From assembly GCA_963715895.1 (NCBI GenBank), contig OY970284.1:5069777-5133776 (forward strand): DNA of 64,000 bases. Reading direction: 5' to 3'. Position numbers and translations under genes: made by a program. Each line of letters starts with the position of its first letter. Positions within the stretch are counted from its first letter, which is position 1. Origin of the DNA: Thermoanaerobaculia bacterium. Lineage in GTDB: Bacteria > Acidobacteriota > Thermoanaerobaculia > Gp7-AA8. This document shows, one piece after another, positions 37,725-47,589 of the stretch. The notes below the pieces were generated by a model. The model ran no database searches. It was given only the letters and a program-made list of their open reading frames with translations, and was not told where the DNA came from.

Positions 37725-39305
37725 ATGAATCGTCAACACATCCAGAGGATCGTCGTCTGCGTGATCCTGATTGCCTCCCTCGGTGCGGCGGCTTCCGAGG
37801 CCTGGGCACAACTGTTTGTCGGCAACGACCATGCGCCGGGTGCCGTGCAGCAGTACAGCCTTCCGATCAGCGCGAGCTCCACGCCAAACTTTTCCATAGC
37901 CTCGAACAGCGTCGTCGCGCTCGGGGTGGACGCAAAGGGGAATCTCGCCGTCGGCGCGTTGGGTGGCGCGATCACGTTCTTCACCGCGCCGTTATCCGGT
38001 TCGAGTACGCCATCCGCAACGTTCAACAACGGCGCGGCGGGGAACGTGGGCCAGATCGCATTCACGGCGGCGGGCGACTTTTTCACCACAGGGTTCACCA
38101 ACAGCGTCAACCTGTTCACGCATCCGTTCAGCAACGCTACCGTGCCGTCGCTGTCGATCACGAACGCCAACATCAGCTCCGCCGGCGGCGTGGCCGTCGA
38201 CGCCGCGCAGAACCTGTACATTTCCAACACGGGAGGATCTGGCGCGAACACGTTCGGCTACCTCCTCGTGTATGCGCCACCGTACACAGGCACGCCCATC
38301 ATCACGGGGCCCGCGATCGGGGCGAACTACCGCAAGGTGGCCCTCAGCGGCACGCAGCTATTCGCCGCATCGGTCTCTGGTACGGGACGAGTCGATGTCT
38401 ACACGCTCCCGATCACCGGGTCGGCTCTTCCCGCGTTCTCGATCACCAACGGCATGAATCTTCCGGAAACGGTTGCCGTCGACGTCGTGGGAAATCTTCA
38501 CGTGGGGAACCTCGGCAGCTCGACGGTCACCGTCTATTCGCCGCCGTTCTCGGCATCGAGCGCGCCGGCGATCACGCTGGTCCCCGGTCCGGCGCCTTTC
38601 TCGATCTTCAGTATCGCCATCGGGCCATCGCAGTCGGGGATTCTCCCGGCCGTGGCCTCGGCGAACGGATCGTTGGGCTCCTTCTTCCGAACCGGCGTGC
38701 AGCTTCAAAATCCAGGTTCCTCGACGATCGCCGGCAGCATCGTCTTCCACACCGCCGGAGTTTCCGGCGTCACCTCCGATCCGTTCCTCTCGTACACGCT
38801 GAGTCCGGGCCAGACGCAAACCATCGCCGACCTTCTTCCAGCGTTGGCGCGGTCCGGGCTCGGCAGCGCCGATGTCGTCAGCACGTCGGGCAGTCTGCCG
38901 ACCGTGGTGGCGCGCGTCTTCAATGACGCCGGAGACAAGGGAACCTCAGGCTTCACGGAAGATCTCATGAAGCCGCAAAACGCACTCAGCGCCGGAGATC
39001 AGTTCGTTCTCCTGGTACCGTCGGATCTGGCTCGCTTCCGCTACAACATCGGCGTGCGCACGCTCGGCACTGGATCTTCGATTACGGTTACGCGGCGGAA
39101 CAGCTCGGGAACGGTCGTGGGAACGGTGAGCAAGACGTACGCGCCGACCTACTTCGAGCAGGTGGACGCGACGACGTTCCTCGGCACTGCGCCGTCGGCA
39201 AACGATAGTCTGACCGTCAGTGTGAATTCGGGAGCCCTGTTCATCTACGGCGCAACCACCGACAACACGACGCAGGACCCAAGCGTCCAACTCGGCAGGA
39301 AGTGA
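37725..39305 (+). CDS. Secreted NHL-like beta-propeller protein with C-terminal beta-sandwich domains
   Basis: Signal peptide; repeated [GA]VDA.GNL.V blades; C-terminal PAVAS..G..GSFFRT...DNTTQDPS. Confidence 0.75.
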   Translation: MNRQHIQRIVVCVILIASLGAAASEAWAQLFVGNDHAPGAVQQYSLPISASSTPNFSIASNSVVALGVDAKGNLAVGALGGAITFFTAPLSGSSTPSATFNNGAAGNVGQIAFTAAGDFFTTGFTNSVNLFTHPFSNATVPSLSITNANISSAGGVAVDAAQNLYISNTGGSGANTFGYLLVYAPPYTGTPIITGPAIGANYRKVALSGTQLFAASVSGTGRVDVYTLPITGSALPAFSITNGMNLPETVAVDVVGNLHVGNLGSSTVTVYSPPFSASSAPAITLVPGPAPFSIFSIAIGPSQSGILPAVASANGSLGSFFRTGVQLQNPGSSTIAGSIVFHTAGVSGVTSDPFLSYTLSPGQTQTIADLLPALARSGLGSADVVSTSGSLPTVVARVFNDAGDKGTSGFTEDLMKPQNALSAGDQFVLLVPSDLARFRYNIGVRTLGTGSSITVTRRNSSGTVVGTVSKTYAPTYFEQVDATTFLGTAPSANDSLTVSVNSGALFIYGATTDNTTQDPSVQLGRK

Positions 39306-39393
39306 GAGAGGGATGGTGCCGCGCGATTGCGCCGCACCATCCCGTCATTTACGGTGAACGTCCGCGTGGCGAATCGATCCGTCCGACTCGCCA

Positions 39394-40167
39394 TCACTGC
39401 CGTCCGGCGCGGAGCACGTAGCATGGATAGTCGGCCTGCGCTGCCGCCGCCGCGGAGAGGTCGATGTTCACCGTCGCGAAGGGGGCGTCGGGGTTCGTCA
39501 GGGCCAGGATGTGTCCGGAGGGGTCGATGATCCATGCGACGCCGCCACAGGCACCGGTCGGTTCCACCCGGTTGGACGACAGGCTGAAGGCACCCGAGCG
39601 CACCGCCGCCACCACGCCGGCCGACAGCCACTTGGCCGTCGTGGCGGCTGCCGTGGCGCGCGGGGAGAGGACGGCCTGAACGCCGCGCGCGGCATAGGAG
39701 GCGTAGGTCTCAACGGCCCACAGCTCGGTGCAGATGTTGAGGCCGAACGACAAGGCGCCGGCGTGATATTCGATGAAGTCGGGATCGCCGCGGTCAAACC
39801 AGCGCGCTTCCCAGGTGCCCGGTTCATCCGGCAGGTAGAACTTGCTGCGCAGCGGCACCGGGTTCCCGGAGGCTGACCAGAGGAACCCCTGGTTGAATGG
39901 CCGGCCGTCGATGGTGGCGGGAAGGGTCCCCACGACATGCGCGACGCCCAGCTCAGGTAGGCGATGGCGCCAGACCTCGCTGAGTTCCTGCGCGGCCGCC
40001 CAGCGGGAAGCGTCGAAGAGCTGGTCCTCCCAGAGCGGATCGACCATCGCCAGCTCCGGCAGCAGCACCAGCTCGGAGGAGTGTTGCGCCGTGTGTTCGC
40101 ACAGCGCCGCCCAGGCGGCGGACAGCGCTTCGGGTTCATGAGGAAGCTCACAGACAGTTACGCGCAT
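39394..40167 (-). CDS. Carbon-nitrogen hydrolase (nitrilase superfamily)
   Basis: E-K-C triad: LLPEL, RSKFYLP, NICTELW. Confidence 0.88.
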   Translation of the reverse strand: MRVTVCELPHEPEALSAAWAALCEHTAQHSSELVLLPELAMVDPLWEDQLFDASRWAAAQELSEVWRHRLPELGVAHVVGTLPATIDGRPFNQGFLWSASGNPVPLRSKFYLPDEPGTWEARWFDRGDPDFIEYHAGALSFGLNICTELWAVETYASYAARGVQAVLSPRATAAATTAKWLSAGVVAAVRSGAFSLSSNRVEPTGACGGVAWIIDPSGHILALTNPDAPFATVNIDLSAAAAAQADYPCYVLRAGRQ

Positions 40168-40187
40168 AATCGCTCCAGGACTCGCCG

Positions 40188-42332
40188 TTACCAGACCCGC
40201 ACGCGCGCCGAGGGCTCGAGGTAAAGCCTCTGGCCGGAGCGGACGTCGAAGGCTGCGTACCATGCATCGAGATTGCGGACCGTGTCGGCGCGGAAGTCTT
40301 CCGGCGCGTGGTCGCTGGTGGCGATCTGCTTTCGGTTTGCCTCCTCGCTGATCTTCCGCCGCTGGGTCTGCGCGTAGGCGATGAAGAACTCCCGGTCCTG
40401 CGCGCGCACGTAGTCCCTATCGGTCACCCGGCTGCCGAGCGTCTTGCGGTAGGCGTCGAAGGCGGCAGCGAGGCCGCCGAGGTCGGCGATGTTCTCGGTG
40501 AGCGTCAGCTTGCCGTTGATCGAGAGGCCGGGGAGCGGCTGGTATGCGGAGAACTGATCGACCAGCGGCTGCGTGAGCGCCTGAAAGTGCTGCATATCCT
40601 CCGGGGTCCACCAGTGGAACAGCCGGTGCCCGGTGTCGTAGTCGGCGCCGAGCACGTCGATGTAGTGCGTGAGATCGTGTCCGATGAGCGCCCCGACGGA
40701 ACCGTAGGCCGCGGCGTCGGATGAGGCGTGATCGTATTTGGGAGGCTCGAGCAACGCGGCCGCCATGACGTAGGCGTTCTGCTGGAACACCAGCACCGCA
40801 CCGACTTTCTGCGGCGCGATGTACCAGTACTTCAGGTTCACAGGCTGGCCAATACGGCCCACGGCCTTGCGGTAGTTGCGTTCCGAGACGCGTTGTACGT
40901 TGCCGAGCGCGTCGGCCGGATCCACGGTCAGCGACGAATCGTCCTGCCACTGATCGGGGTACCCGAGCCCCACGTACAGCGTGCGCAGCTTGATCAGCGC
41001 GCTGGCCTTGGTTGTCGGCGACATCCAGGTAGCAGCCTCGACCCGTTTGATGAGCGCCGCCCGGACGTTGTCGGAGATTCGCTCCAGGCGCGCCTTCTGC
41101 GCGGCGGGGAAATAGCGCTCGACGTACATCCTCCCGAGCGCGTCGCCCATGGCCGATTGCGTGGCGGCGAGCGCGCGCTCGTCACGGGTGGGCCGTGGTC
41201 CCTTCATCGCCATCGCCTCTTCGGCGAATGCGCGCGGCAGCACGTCGGCGTAATCGTGGATGGCGTGGAAACGCAGGTAATCCTTCCAGGTGCCCAGCGG
41301 CTGCGACGCGACCAGCGCCGCCAGCCCGGTCACGGCCGTCGGCTGCCATGCCACCAGCTCTCCCTGTTTTGCCAGTCCCGCGGCGTCGAAGAAGACGTTC
41401 CAGTCCATCCCGGGGGCGCGCTGGACGAAGTCGGACCGCGTCCAGACGTTATCGGCGTTGTGGTCGGCTCCCGAGGCTTCGGCCGTAGCGTGGGTTTGCG
41501 CGATCGCGGTCTCCAACGCCAGCACGGCGGTGGCGCGTTCGTCTGCGCGGTCGAAGCCGGCGAACGTGAGCATCTTCGCGATATATGCGCGGTACCGTGC
41601 GCGAAGAGTCTCCTTCTCCGGGCCTGCGCTGAGATAGTCCTCTCGGTTCGGCAAGCCCAGCCCCCCCTGCACCAGGAATGCGACATTGGTCTTCTCTCCG
41701 TGAATGCTCTGCTCGACGGAGAGACCGAGCACGCTGGCGGAGTTGTAGATGCCGAATCCCATCAGATCGACGTCGGCGCGCATCCCGCGGCCCAACAGGC
41801 GCGTGAGCTCCGCTTTGTCCGAAACCTTCTCGACGCCATCGAGCATAGGTTTGAGCGAGGTGAGACCCCTGGCCTCGATGGCAGCTTCGTTCAAATAGCC
41901 TGTGCGGAAGTCCGCGACCTTGCGCGCCGCCGAGGAGGCTCGCACCGCGCCGGCGGTATCGAGCAGCGCCGCGATGCGTTGGCGGGCCTGGGCCTCGAGC
42001 TCGTCGCGGGCTCCCCAGCGCGGGTTGCCAGCCGGGATCGTGGTGGCCTTGAGCCAGGCGCCGTTGGCGTAGGCGAAGAAATCGTCGCCGGGAGTGATGC
42101 TGGCGTCCACCGTGCTCTCGAGCGGCGACGGTCTCCCGTCCGCCGCCTGTGCAGCGGATGAAGAGACGAGCCACCACGAGAGTGCCGCCGCCATGAGGAT
42201 CGGCAACGCCAGGGCGAGAAGGTGGCCACCGGGCCGGCTACGAGGAAGCTTGTTTTGGAATGCGTCAAAGTCCATGCGGCGAAGGTACCGGCGGCCCGCT
42301 GTCGTGTCGCGGCGCAAGGCGACATCTTTCAA
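40188..42332 (-). CDS. M13 family metallopeptidase (neprilysin/PepO-like) with HDxxH variant motif
   Basis: PGDDFFAYANG.W, QGGLGLP.R.DY, GHDLTH, ENIADLGG, H.P..R; start may be 42275. Confidence 0.9.
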   Translation of the reverse strand: MKDVALRRDTTAGRRYLRRMDFDAFQNKLPRSRPGGHLLALALPILMAAALSWWLVSSSAAQAADGRPSPLESTVDASITPGDDFFAYANGAWLKATTIPAGNPRWGARDELEAQARQRIAALLDTAGAVRASSAARKVADFRTGYLNEAAIEARGLTSLKPMLDGVEKVSDKAELTRLLGRGMRADVDLMGFGIYNSASVLGLSVEQSIHGEKTNVAFLVQGGLGLPNREDYLSAGPEKETLRARYRAYIAKMLTFAGFDRADERATAVLALETAIAQTHATAEASGADHNADNVWTRSDFVQRAPGMDWNVFFDAAGLAKQGELVAWQPTAVTGLAALVASQPLGTWKDYLRFHAIHDYADVLPRAFAEEAMAMKGPRPTRDERALAATQSAMGDALGRMYVERYFPAAQKARLERISDNVRAALIKRVEAATWMSPTTKASALIKLRTLYVGLGYPDQWQDDSSLTVDPADALGNVQRVSERNYRKAVGRIGQPVNLKYWYIAPQKVGAVLVFQQNAYVMAAALLEPPKYDHASSDAAAYGSVGALIGHDLTHYIDVLGADYDTGHRLFHWWTPEDMQHFQALTQPLVDQFSAYQPLPGLSINGKLTLTENIADLGGLAAAFDAYRKTLGSRVTDRDYVRAQDREFFIAYAQTQRRKISEEANRKQIATSDHAPEDFRADTVRNLDAWYAAFDVRSGQRLYLEPSARVRVW

Positions 42333-42348
42333 TCACTTTCGGACAATG

Positions 42349-42388
42349 AGTGGATTAGTGATTAGTAGATACGAATCACTAATCTACT
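42349..42388. promoter_or_regulatory. AT-rich 15-bp inverted repeat between divergent genes (putative operator)
   Basis: AGTGGATTAGTGATT-N10-AATCACTAATCTACT (14/15 complementary). Confidence 0.55.
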
Positions 42389-42445
42389 GGCTTGGGACGC
42401 CAGAGGCGCTAGACAACTCTGCTGCGAGGTGGGACGATCGCGCCG

Positions 42446-42895
42446 ATGACCGTCAGGCCCGCCCCAGAGCAACACCTGCGGGATCTCGCGCGGCTGCGAC
42501 GCGTTCGCGACCGGATCGATCGGGAGTACGCGCAGCCGCTGGACGTCGAGGCGCTCGCCTGCGGCGTGAACATGTCGGCCGGGCACCTCAGCCGTCAGTT
42601 CCGGCTGGCCTACGGCGAGTCGCCGTACGCCTATCTGATGACGCGGCGCATCGAGCGCGCGATGGCGCTGCTGCGCCGTGGCGACCTCAGCGTAACCGAG
42701 GTCTGCTTCGAGGTCGGCTGCTCGTCGCTGGGGACCTTCAGCACTCGCTTCACCGAGCTGGTCGGCGTACCTCCCAGCGTCTATCGGCGTGAGGCGGCGC
42801 AGGCAACGGAGGGGATGCCGTCCTGCGTGGCGAAACAGGTGACCCGACCGATCAGGAATCGAGAAGCGCCGGCTCCCGACCCGCCCCTATATTGA
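42446..42895 (+). CDS. AraC-family single-domain regulator
   Basis: LSRQFR.AYGESP..YL..RRIERA..LL...SVTEVC..VG.SSLGTFSTRF. Confidence 0.9.
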   Translation: MTVRPAPEQHLRDLARLRRVRDRIDREYAQPLDVEALACGVNMSAGHLSRQFRLAYGESPYAYLMTRRIERAMALLRRGDLSVTEVCFEVGCSSLGTFSTRFTELVGVPPSVYRREAAQATEGMPSCVAKQVTRPIRNREAPAPDPPLY

Positions 42896-43311
42896 TCGGC
42901 ATGAACATCAACATTCACGCAAGCTTCCTCCCCCACACCGATCCCGACGTCTCCCTCGCCTTCTACCGCGACACACTCGGCTTCGAGGTTCGCGCTGACG
43001 TCGGATACGGCGGGATGCGCTGGATCACCGTCGGCCCCGCCGGCCAGCCCGGCACATCCATCGTCCTGTATCCGCCGTTCGCCACCCCTGGCATCACCGA
43101 CGACGAGCGCCGCGTCATCGCCGAGATGATGGCCAAGGGGACCTTTGCCGTCATCCTCCTGGCGACCACAGACCTCGAGGGCACATTCGAGCGGCTGCAA
43201 GCCAGCGACGCCGAGGTCGTCCAGGAGCCGACCGATCAGCCGTACGGCGTTCGCGACTGCGCCGTCCGCGATCCCGCGGGCAACCTGGTCCGCATCCAGA
43301 AATTGGGCTGA
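42892..43311 (+). CDS. VOC/glyoxalase family protein
   Basis: FYRDTLGF...RWITV...QPYGVRDCAVRDPAGN. Confidence 0.9.
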   Translation: MIGMNINIHASFLPHTDPDVSLAFYRDTLGFEVRADVGYGGMRWITVGPAGQPGTSIVLYPPFATPGITDDERRVIAEMMAKGTFAVILLATTDLEGTFERLQASDAEVVQEPTDQPYGVRDCAVRDPAGNLVRIQKLG

Positions 43312-43378
43312 AGATTCACCGTGCACGGGACTGGCTGGCCGTCGATGCGGCATACTGTAATGCGCTGGCCCTTTCCAC

Positions 43379-44428
43379 ATGAACACCCGCGCCCAGCTCA
43401 TCGACGTCCTCTTCGTCATCGTGCCGCATTCGCTGCTGCTCGACATCGCCGGGCCGGCGGAAGCCTTTCGTCTCGCCAACCAGCACCGGGAACTTCGCGG
43501 ACTGCCACCGCGCTTTCGTCTTCGCTTCGCGGGGCCGGAGGCGACTCTGCCGACGTCGGTCGGACTGGCGCTCGGCGACCTTCTTCCGTTGCCGGACGAG
43601 CTCAGCGCGCCGACTTGGGTGGTGGTGGTCGGTCAACCGACGGCTCACGTAACGAACGTGACACCGGAGATCGCGGTCACCGCGCAATGGCTGCGCGAGC
43701 GGCTGCATGACGCGCTCCGTGACCCCGATATGCCTCATCGTCTGGTGACGATCTGCTCGGGCACCCTGCTGGCCGCGCGGGCGGGCCTGCTCGGCACGCG
43801 AAGCTGCACCACCCACCACGAGCTGTTGCAGATGCTTCGGACCCTGGCGCCGCGGGCAGAGGTCATCGACAATCGGGTCTTCGTGGTGGACGGTCCGATC
43901 GCGTCGAGCGCGGGCATCACGGCGGGGATCGACGTGGCGCTGCATCTCATCGCCGAGGAGTGCGGTGAGGCGCTCGCGGCCATCGTCGCCGAGGACATGG
44001 TGGTGTACCTGCGGCGCTCTCCGCGCGACACCGAGCTCTCGCCATTCCACATGCACCGCCGCCACCTCCACCCGACCGTGCACCGGGTACAGGACGCCAT
44101 CGTGTCCGAGCCGCAGCGCGACTGGGACATGGCCTCTCTGGCCGACGTCGGCCACGCCGCCGAGCGTCACCTGTTGCGGCTCTTCATCGACAACGCCGGC
44201 ATCTCGCCGTTGCACTACCTCCGTTTGATCCGCCTGGAGCGCGCCCGTCAGTCGCTGGAATACGGCGCCACCGTCACGCGCGCCGCCGCCGTCGCCGGCT
44301 TCGGCTCCGACGTACAACTGCGCCGCGCCTGGAGCCGCCAATGGGGCGGCTCACCTCGCGATGCGGCGAGGGCGGCGGGGGCCGGGGCTGCGGCACCGCG
44401 CGCGACACGGTCTCGAGCGAGGCGGTGA
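43379..44428 (+). CDS. GlxA-family regulator (DJ-1/PfpI + AraC HTH)
   Basis: ICSG.LLAA.AGLL, TTHH, SSAGITAGID, C-terminal AraC HTH. Confidence 0.9.
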   Translation: MNTRAQLIDVLFVIVPHSLLLDIAGPAEAFRLANQHRELRGLPPRFRLRFAGPEATLPTSVGLALGDLLPLPDELSAPTWVVVVGQPTAHVTNVTPEIAVTAQWLRERLHDALRDPDMPHRLVTICSGTLLAARAGLLGTRSCTTHHELLQMLRTLAPRAEVIDNRVFVVDGPIASSAGITAGIDVALHLIAEECGEALAAIVAEDMVVYLRRSPRDTELSPFHMHRRHLHPTVHRVQDAIVSEPQRDWDMASLADVGHAAERHLLRLFIDNAGISPLHYLRLIRLERARQSLEYGATVTRAAAVAGFGSDVQLRRAWSRQWGGSPRDAARAAGAGAAAPRATRSRARR

Positions 44429-45172
44429 TCACCGTCGGTTTTCAAGACGGCGACACTGCCACCACGGGATGCTGTTGTCGATCGCCCATGTAAACCAGAG
44501 AGTGCCTCCAACTCCCAGGATGATGAGCAAGAGACAGGAGACGTAGTAGAGCTGAACCTCGTCCCGCATCATGAACCGTAGTACCCAGGCTCCAACTAGG
44601 AAGACGGCAACGACCGCGATGATCTTCGATCGACGACTGATCTGTGACCAGGCAATCGCGGAAGCGACGGAAAGAATCAGGAAACACATCGCCGCGATCC
44701 GAACGTCTCCTCTGCCCATGCTGTCGCCGGTTCCTAGAAAAAACGCAATTGAGACCGCGTAGATCAGCAGGCCGATGATGATTCGTTTGAACCGGAGAAG
44801 GTTTCGCCGGGCGACTGCCAGGAAAATGTTCGGAATGTACATCAGGACGAAGTACGTCGGAATCGCGATCCGCATCTGAAGCCGGAACATCCCGCCGGCC
44901 GGGCAGAAGTCACACCATGAGTTGTGATCGTTGAAGACGAGTTCCATGCCTCGGATCGGATAGAGCAGTTCACCTGAGAGAGCGACCGGGAAATCGAGTA
45001 TCCGAACGAACGCGATGATGGCATTGCGGGAAAGAGGCAGCCGGTCGAACGGAGTAGTAGCGAGCCACCAAACCAGCAGGCTGATGAGTATTGCGATGAC
45101 AAGCCTGATGACGAAGCCGATGGAGACCCTACGCGGGTGAAACATGAGAAAGACAAGATAAACCCTAATCAT
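44429..45172 (-). CDS. Hypothetical multi-pass membrane protein
   Basis: About 6 hydrophobic helices; CxxC (WCDFCP) in a loop. Confidence 0.55.
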   Translation of the reverse strand: MIRVYLVFLMFHPRRVSIGFVIRLVIAILISLLVWWLATTPFDRLPLSRNAIIAFVRILDFPVALSGELLYPIRGMELVFNDHNSWCDFCPAGGMFRLQMRIAIPTYFVLMYIPNIFLAVARRNLLRFKRIIIGLLIYAVSIAFFLGTGDSMGRGDVRIAAMCFLILSVASAIAWSQISRRSKIIAVVAVFLVGAWVLRFMMRDEVQLYYVSCLLLIILGVGGTLWFTWAIDNSIPWWQCRRLENRR

Positions 45173-45291
45173 TCAAGGCACTGCTCCCGTCGCGTTCTCT
45201 CGCATTCGCGGTGAACCGTTACGCCTGTTGCCGCGTTGTCACTCCGGTCAGCGATCAGGTTGTGTTCTCCTACCCGTTTCGGGAGAGAGCA

Positions 45292-46140
45292 ATGAAGAGA
45301 CTGATCCTTCTGGCCGTTCTGGTCGTGACCCTGCCCGTGGCCGCGCAGGAAACGAAGATCCACTGGTTCGGGCATTCCGCCTTTTCGATCACTACTCCCA
45401 AGGGCAACGTCCTTCTGATCGATCCGTGGATCAGGAATCCTTCGAATCCTGACGCGAAAGACGGCAAGGATCCGTTGACGAGCATTACCAGGGCCGACTA
45501 CATCCTCCTCACGCATGGACACCGCGATCACGTCGGCGATGCAGTCGAGATCGCGAAAAAAACGCAGGCTGTCCTAATCTGTAACCCGGAGCTGGCCGGC
45601 AATCTGGTCAAGCTTGCCGGCTTCCCTAAAAAACAGGCCGAGACCGACGCCATCATGGGAATCGGCGGCGAGATCGAGATCGCCGGCGGCGAGGTGACCG
45701 TGGCCATGACCTCGGCCGTTCATTCGAGCAGCGTCTTCAACCCCAACGCCGGCGCCAACGAGGCCGAGCGGGCCTATGGCGGCGATGCCGCCGGCTTCGT
45801 CGTGATCATCAAGAACGGACCGACGATCTATCACAGCGGTGACACCGCCTATTTCAAGGACATGGAGACGATCGGCGAGACCTACTCGATCGACCTGGCC
45901 CTTCTCAATATCGGCGGGCATTACGGGATGGAGCCGAAGATGGCCGCGAGAGCCGCGCAATCCGTCCGCGCCAAGCTGGCCGTGCCCCATCACTTCGCCA
46001 CCTTCCCGGGAATCGCTCCAAACTCCGATGTCTTCGCCGCCGAGCTGAAGAAGTTGAAGATCAATTTCCACGAGATGAAACCCGGCGAGACGCTCACGTT
46101 CCGCGGCAAGCAGTTGCTGGCACCGATGAAGAGGAAGTGA
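45292..46140 (+). CDS. Metallo-beta-lactamase-fold metal-dependent hydrolase (UlaG/UPF0173-like)
   Basis: Signal peptide; WFGHS, THGHRDH, HSS, YHSGDT. Confidence 0.88.
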   Translation: MKRLILLAVLVVTLPVAAQETKIHWFGHSAFSITTPKGNVLLIDPWIRNPSNPDAKDGKDPLTSITRADYILLTHGHRDHVGDAVEIAKKTQAVLICNPELAGNLVKLAGFPKKQAETDAIMGIGGEIEIAGGEVTVAMTSAVHSSSVFNPNAGANEAERAYGGDAAGFVVIIKNGPTIYHSGDTAYFKDMETIGETYSIDLALLNIGGHYGMEPKMAARAAQSVRAKLAVPHHFATFPGIAPNSDVFAAELKKLKINFHEMKPGETLTFRGKQLLAPMKRK

Positions 46141-46182
46141 GACGACTTGATCTCAGGAAGGAGTAGCGCGAAGCGCATCACT

Positions 46183-46300
46183 CGGAGCGCTGGCGTCTCG
46201 CCGGTTGGCTCGGGGGCGTCTCGCCCCCGTGCGCGTCTCACGCCGATGTGACCTAAATCGCCCCAGCGCCCCGACTGGAAGGCGAGACGCCAGCGCTCCG
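46183..46300. repeat. REP-like element with 20-bp perfect inverted arms (CGGAGCGCTGGCGTCTCGCC)
   Basis: Arms at 46183-46202 and 46281-46300, internal hairpin 46211-46229; identical 20-mer at 57178-57197. Confidence 0.8.
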
Positions 46301-46383
46301 GCGAAAAGCAGGCTTCGCCGGTTCGCTGCACGTTACACGATCGATACAAAAAGGGCCTCGGCGCCCGCTCTAAGATTGCGGGC

Positions 46384-47439
46384 ATGAAGAACATTGCGAT
46401 CGGAACCGCCCTCTTTCTTGCCGCGCTAACCGCCGCCGGGCAGTCGGCGATCAGACTGCCGGAGCCGAGTCCTGCTGCCACCGTTGGCCAGACTATCGGT
46501 GTCACCGACGTCACGATTACCTATCACCGCCCCACGGTGAATAAGCGAAAGATCTGGAACGGCCTCGTGCCGTACGGCTCCCCGTGGCGCGCCGGGGCGA
46601 ATGAGAACACGACGATCTCGTTCTCCACGCCTGTAAAGGTCGAAGGACAGCTGCTGCCCGCCGGAACCTACGCCCTGTATGCCATTCCGGCGGCGTCGCA
46701 GTGGACGATGATCTTCAGCAGGTTCACCGGCGACTGGGGTGTATACAACTACGACCCAGCCGAGGACGTCCTGCGCGTGACCGTGACGCCGCAGACGTCG
46801 ACCGATTCCGAGGAGCGGCTCACCTATAGGTTCGACGATGTGACAAACAGCTCGGCGATCGCGTCATTACGGTGGGAAACGCTGCGCGTTCCGATCAGGA
46901 TCGAAGTCGATCTCAAGGCCACCATCCGCGCTTCGATCAGCGATTCGCTACGCGGCGGAAAGCACTGGGATCCGAATGCGTGGGCTGCCGCGGCGCGCTG
47001 GGAGCTGCGCAACGGCGACCCCGACACCGCGTTGACATACGCCGATCACTCCCTCGCGCTCGGTACGACATTCGGCGGGCTGCGCACGAAGGCGGCGGTG
47101 CTCGAGAAGAAGGGCGATGCCAAAGGGGCCGCGGAGTTTCGCGATCGCGCGGCGTCGATCGCCACCGAGGCGGAGACGATCGCATTCGGATACAACGCCC
47201 CGCTGAGCGCAAAGAAATACGACGAGTCGATCAGCTACCTGATCAACTACGCCGCCGCGCATCCCTCCAGCCGGGAGCTTTGGCGCGTCTACACCGGCCT
47301 CGGCGAGACGTATGCAGCGAAGGGCGATCCGGCAAAGGCGAAGGAGTATTTCGACAAGGCCATGGCCACGGCTCACGACACCGCCGAGAAAACGGAGGTA
47401 TGGGACTCGATCAATACCGCTGCGGCAGAGGCGAAGTAA
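46384..47439 (+). CDS. DUF2911 domain protein with C-terminal TPR
   Basis: SPAATV.QTIG.TD.TI.YHRP..N.RKIW.GLVPYG..WRAGANE.T. Confidence 0.88.
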   Translation: MKNIAIGTALFLAALTAAGQSAIRLPEPSPAATVGQTIGVTDVTITYHRPTVNKRKIWNGLVPYGSPWRAGANENTTISFSTPVKVEGQLLPAGTYALYAIPAASQWTMIFSRFTGDWGVYNYDPAEDVLRVTVTPQTSTDSEERLTYRFDDVTNSSAIASLRWETLRVPIRIEVDLKATIRASISDSLRGGKHWDPNAWAAAARWELRNGDPDTALTYADHSLALGTTFGGLRTKAAVLEKKGDAKGAAEFRDRAASIATEAETIAFGYNAPLSAKKYDESISYLINYAAAHPSSRELWRVYTGLGETYAAKGDPAKAKEYFDKAMATAHDTAEKTEVWDSINTAAAEAK

Positions 47440-47589
47440 GCCCTCGGCGGACGAGCTCCGCCTCATCACCGCGTCAGAACTGAATCCCATTCGGCTGCGT
47501 GAGAACGTGACGATTGGCGATGCCGCCTTTCAAAGACTTGAAATGCTTTTGGGTGCGGCGACACTATGGAGTAGGGATTTGGTTCGCTG

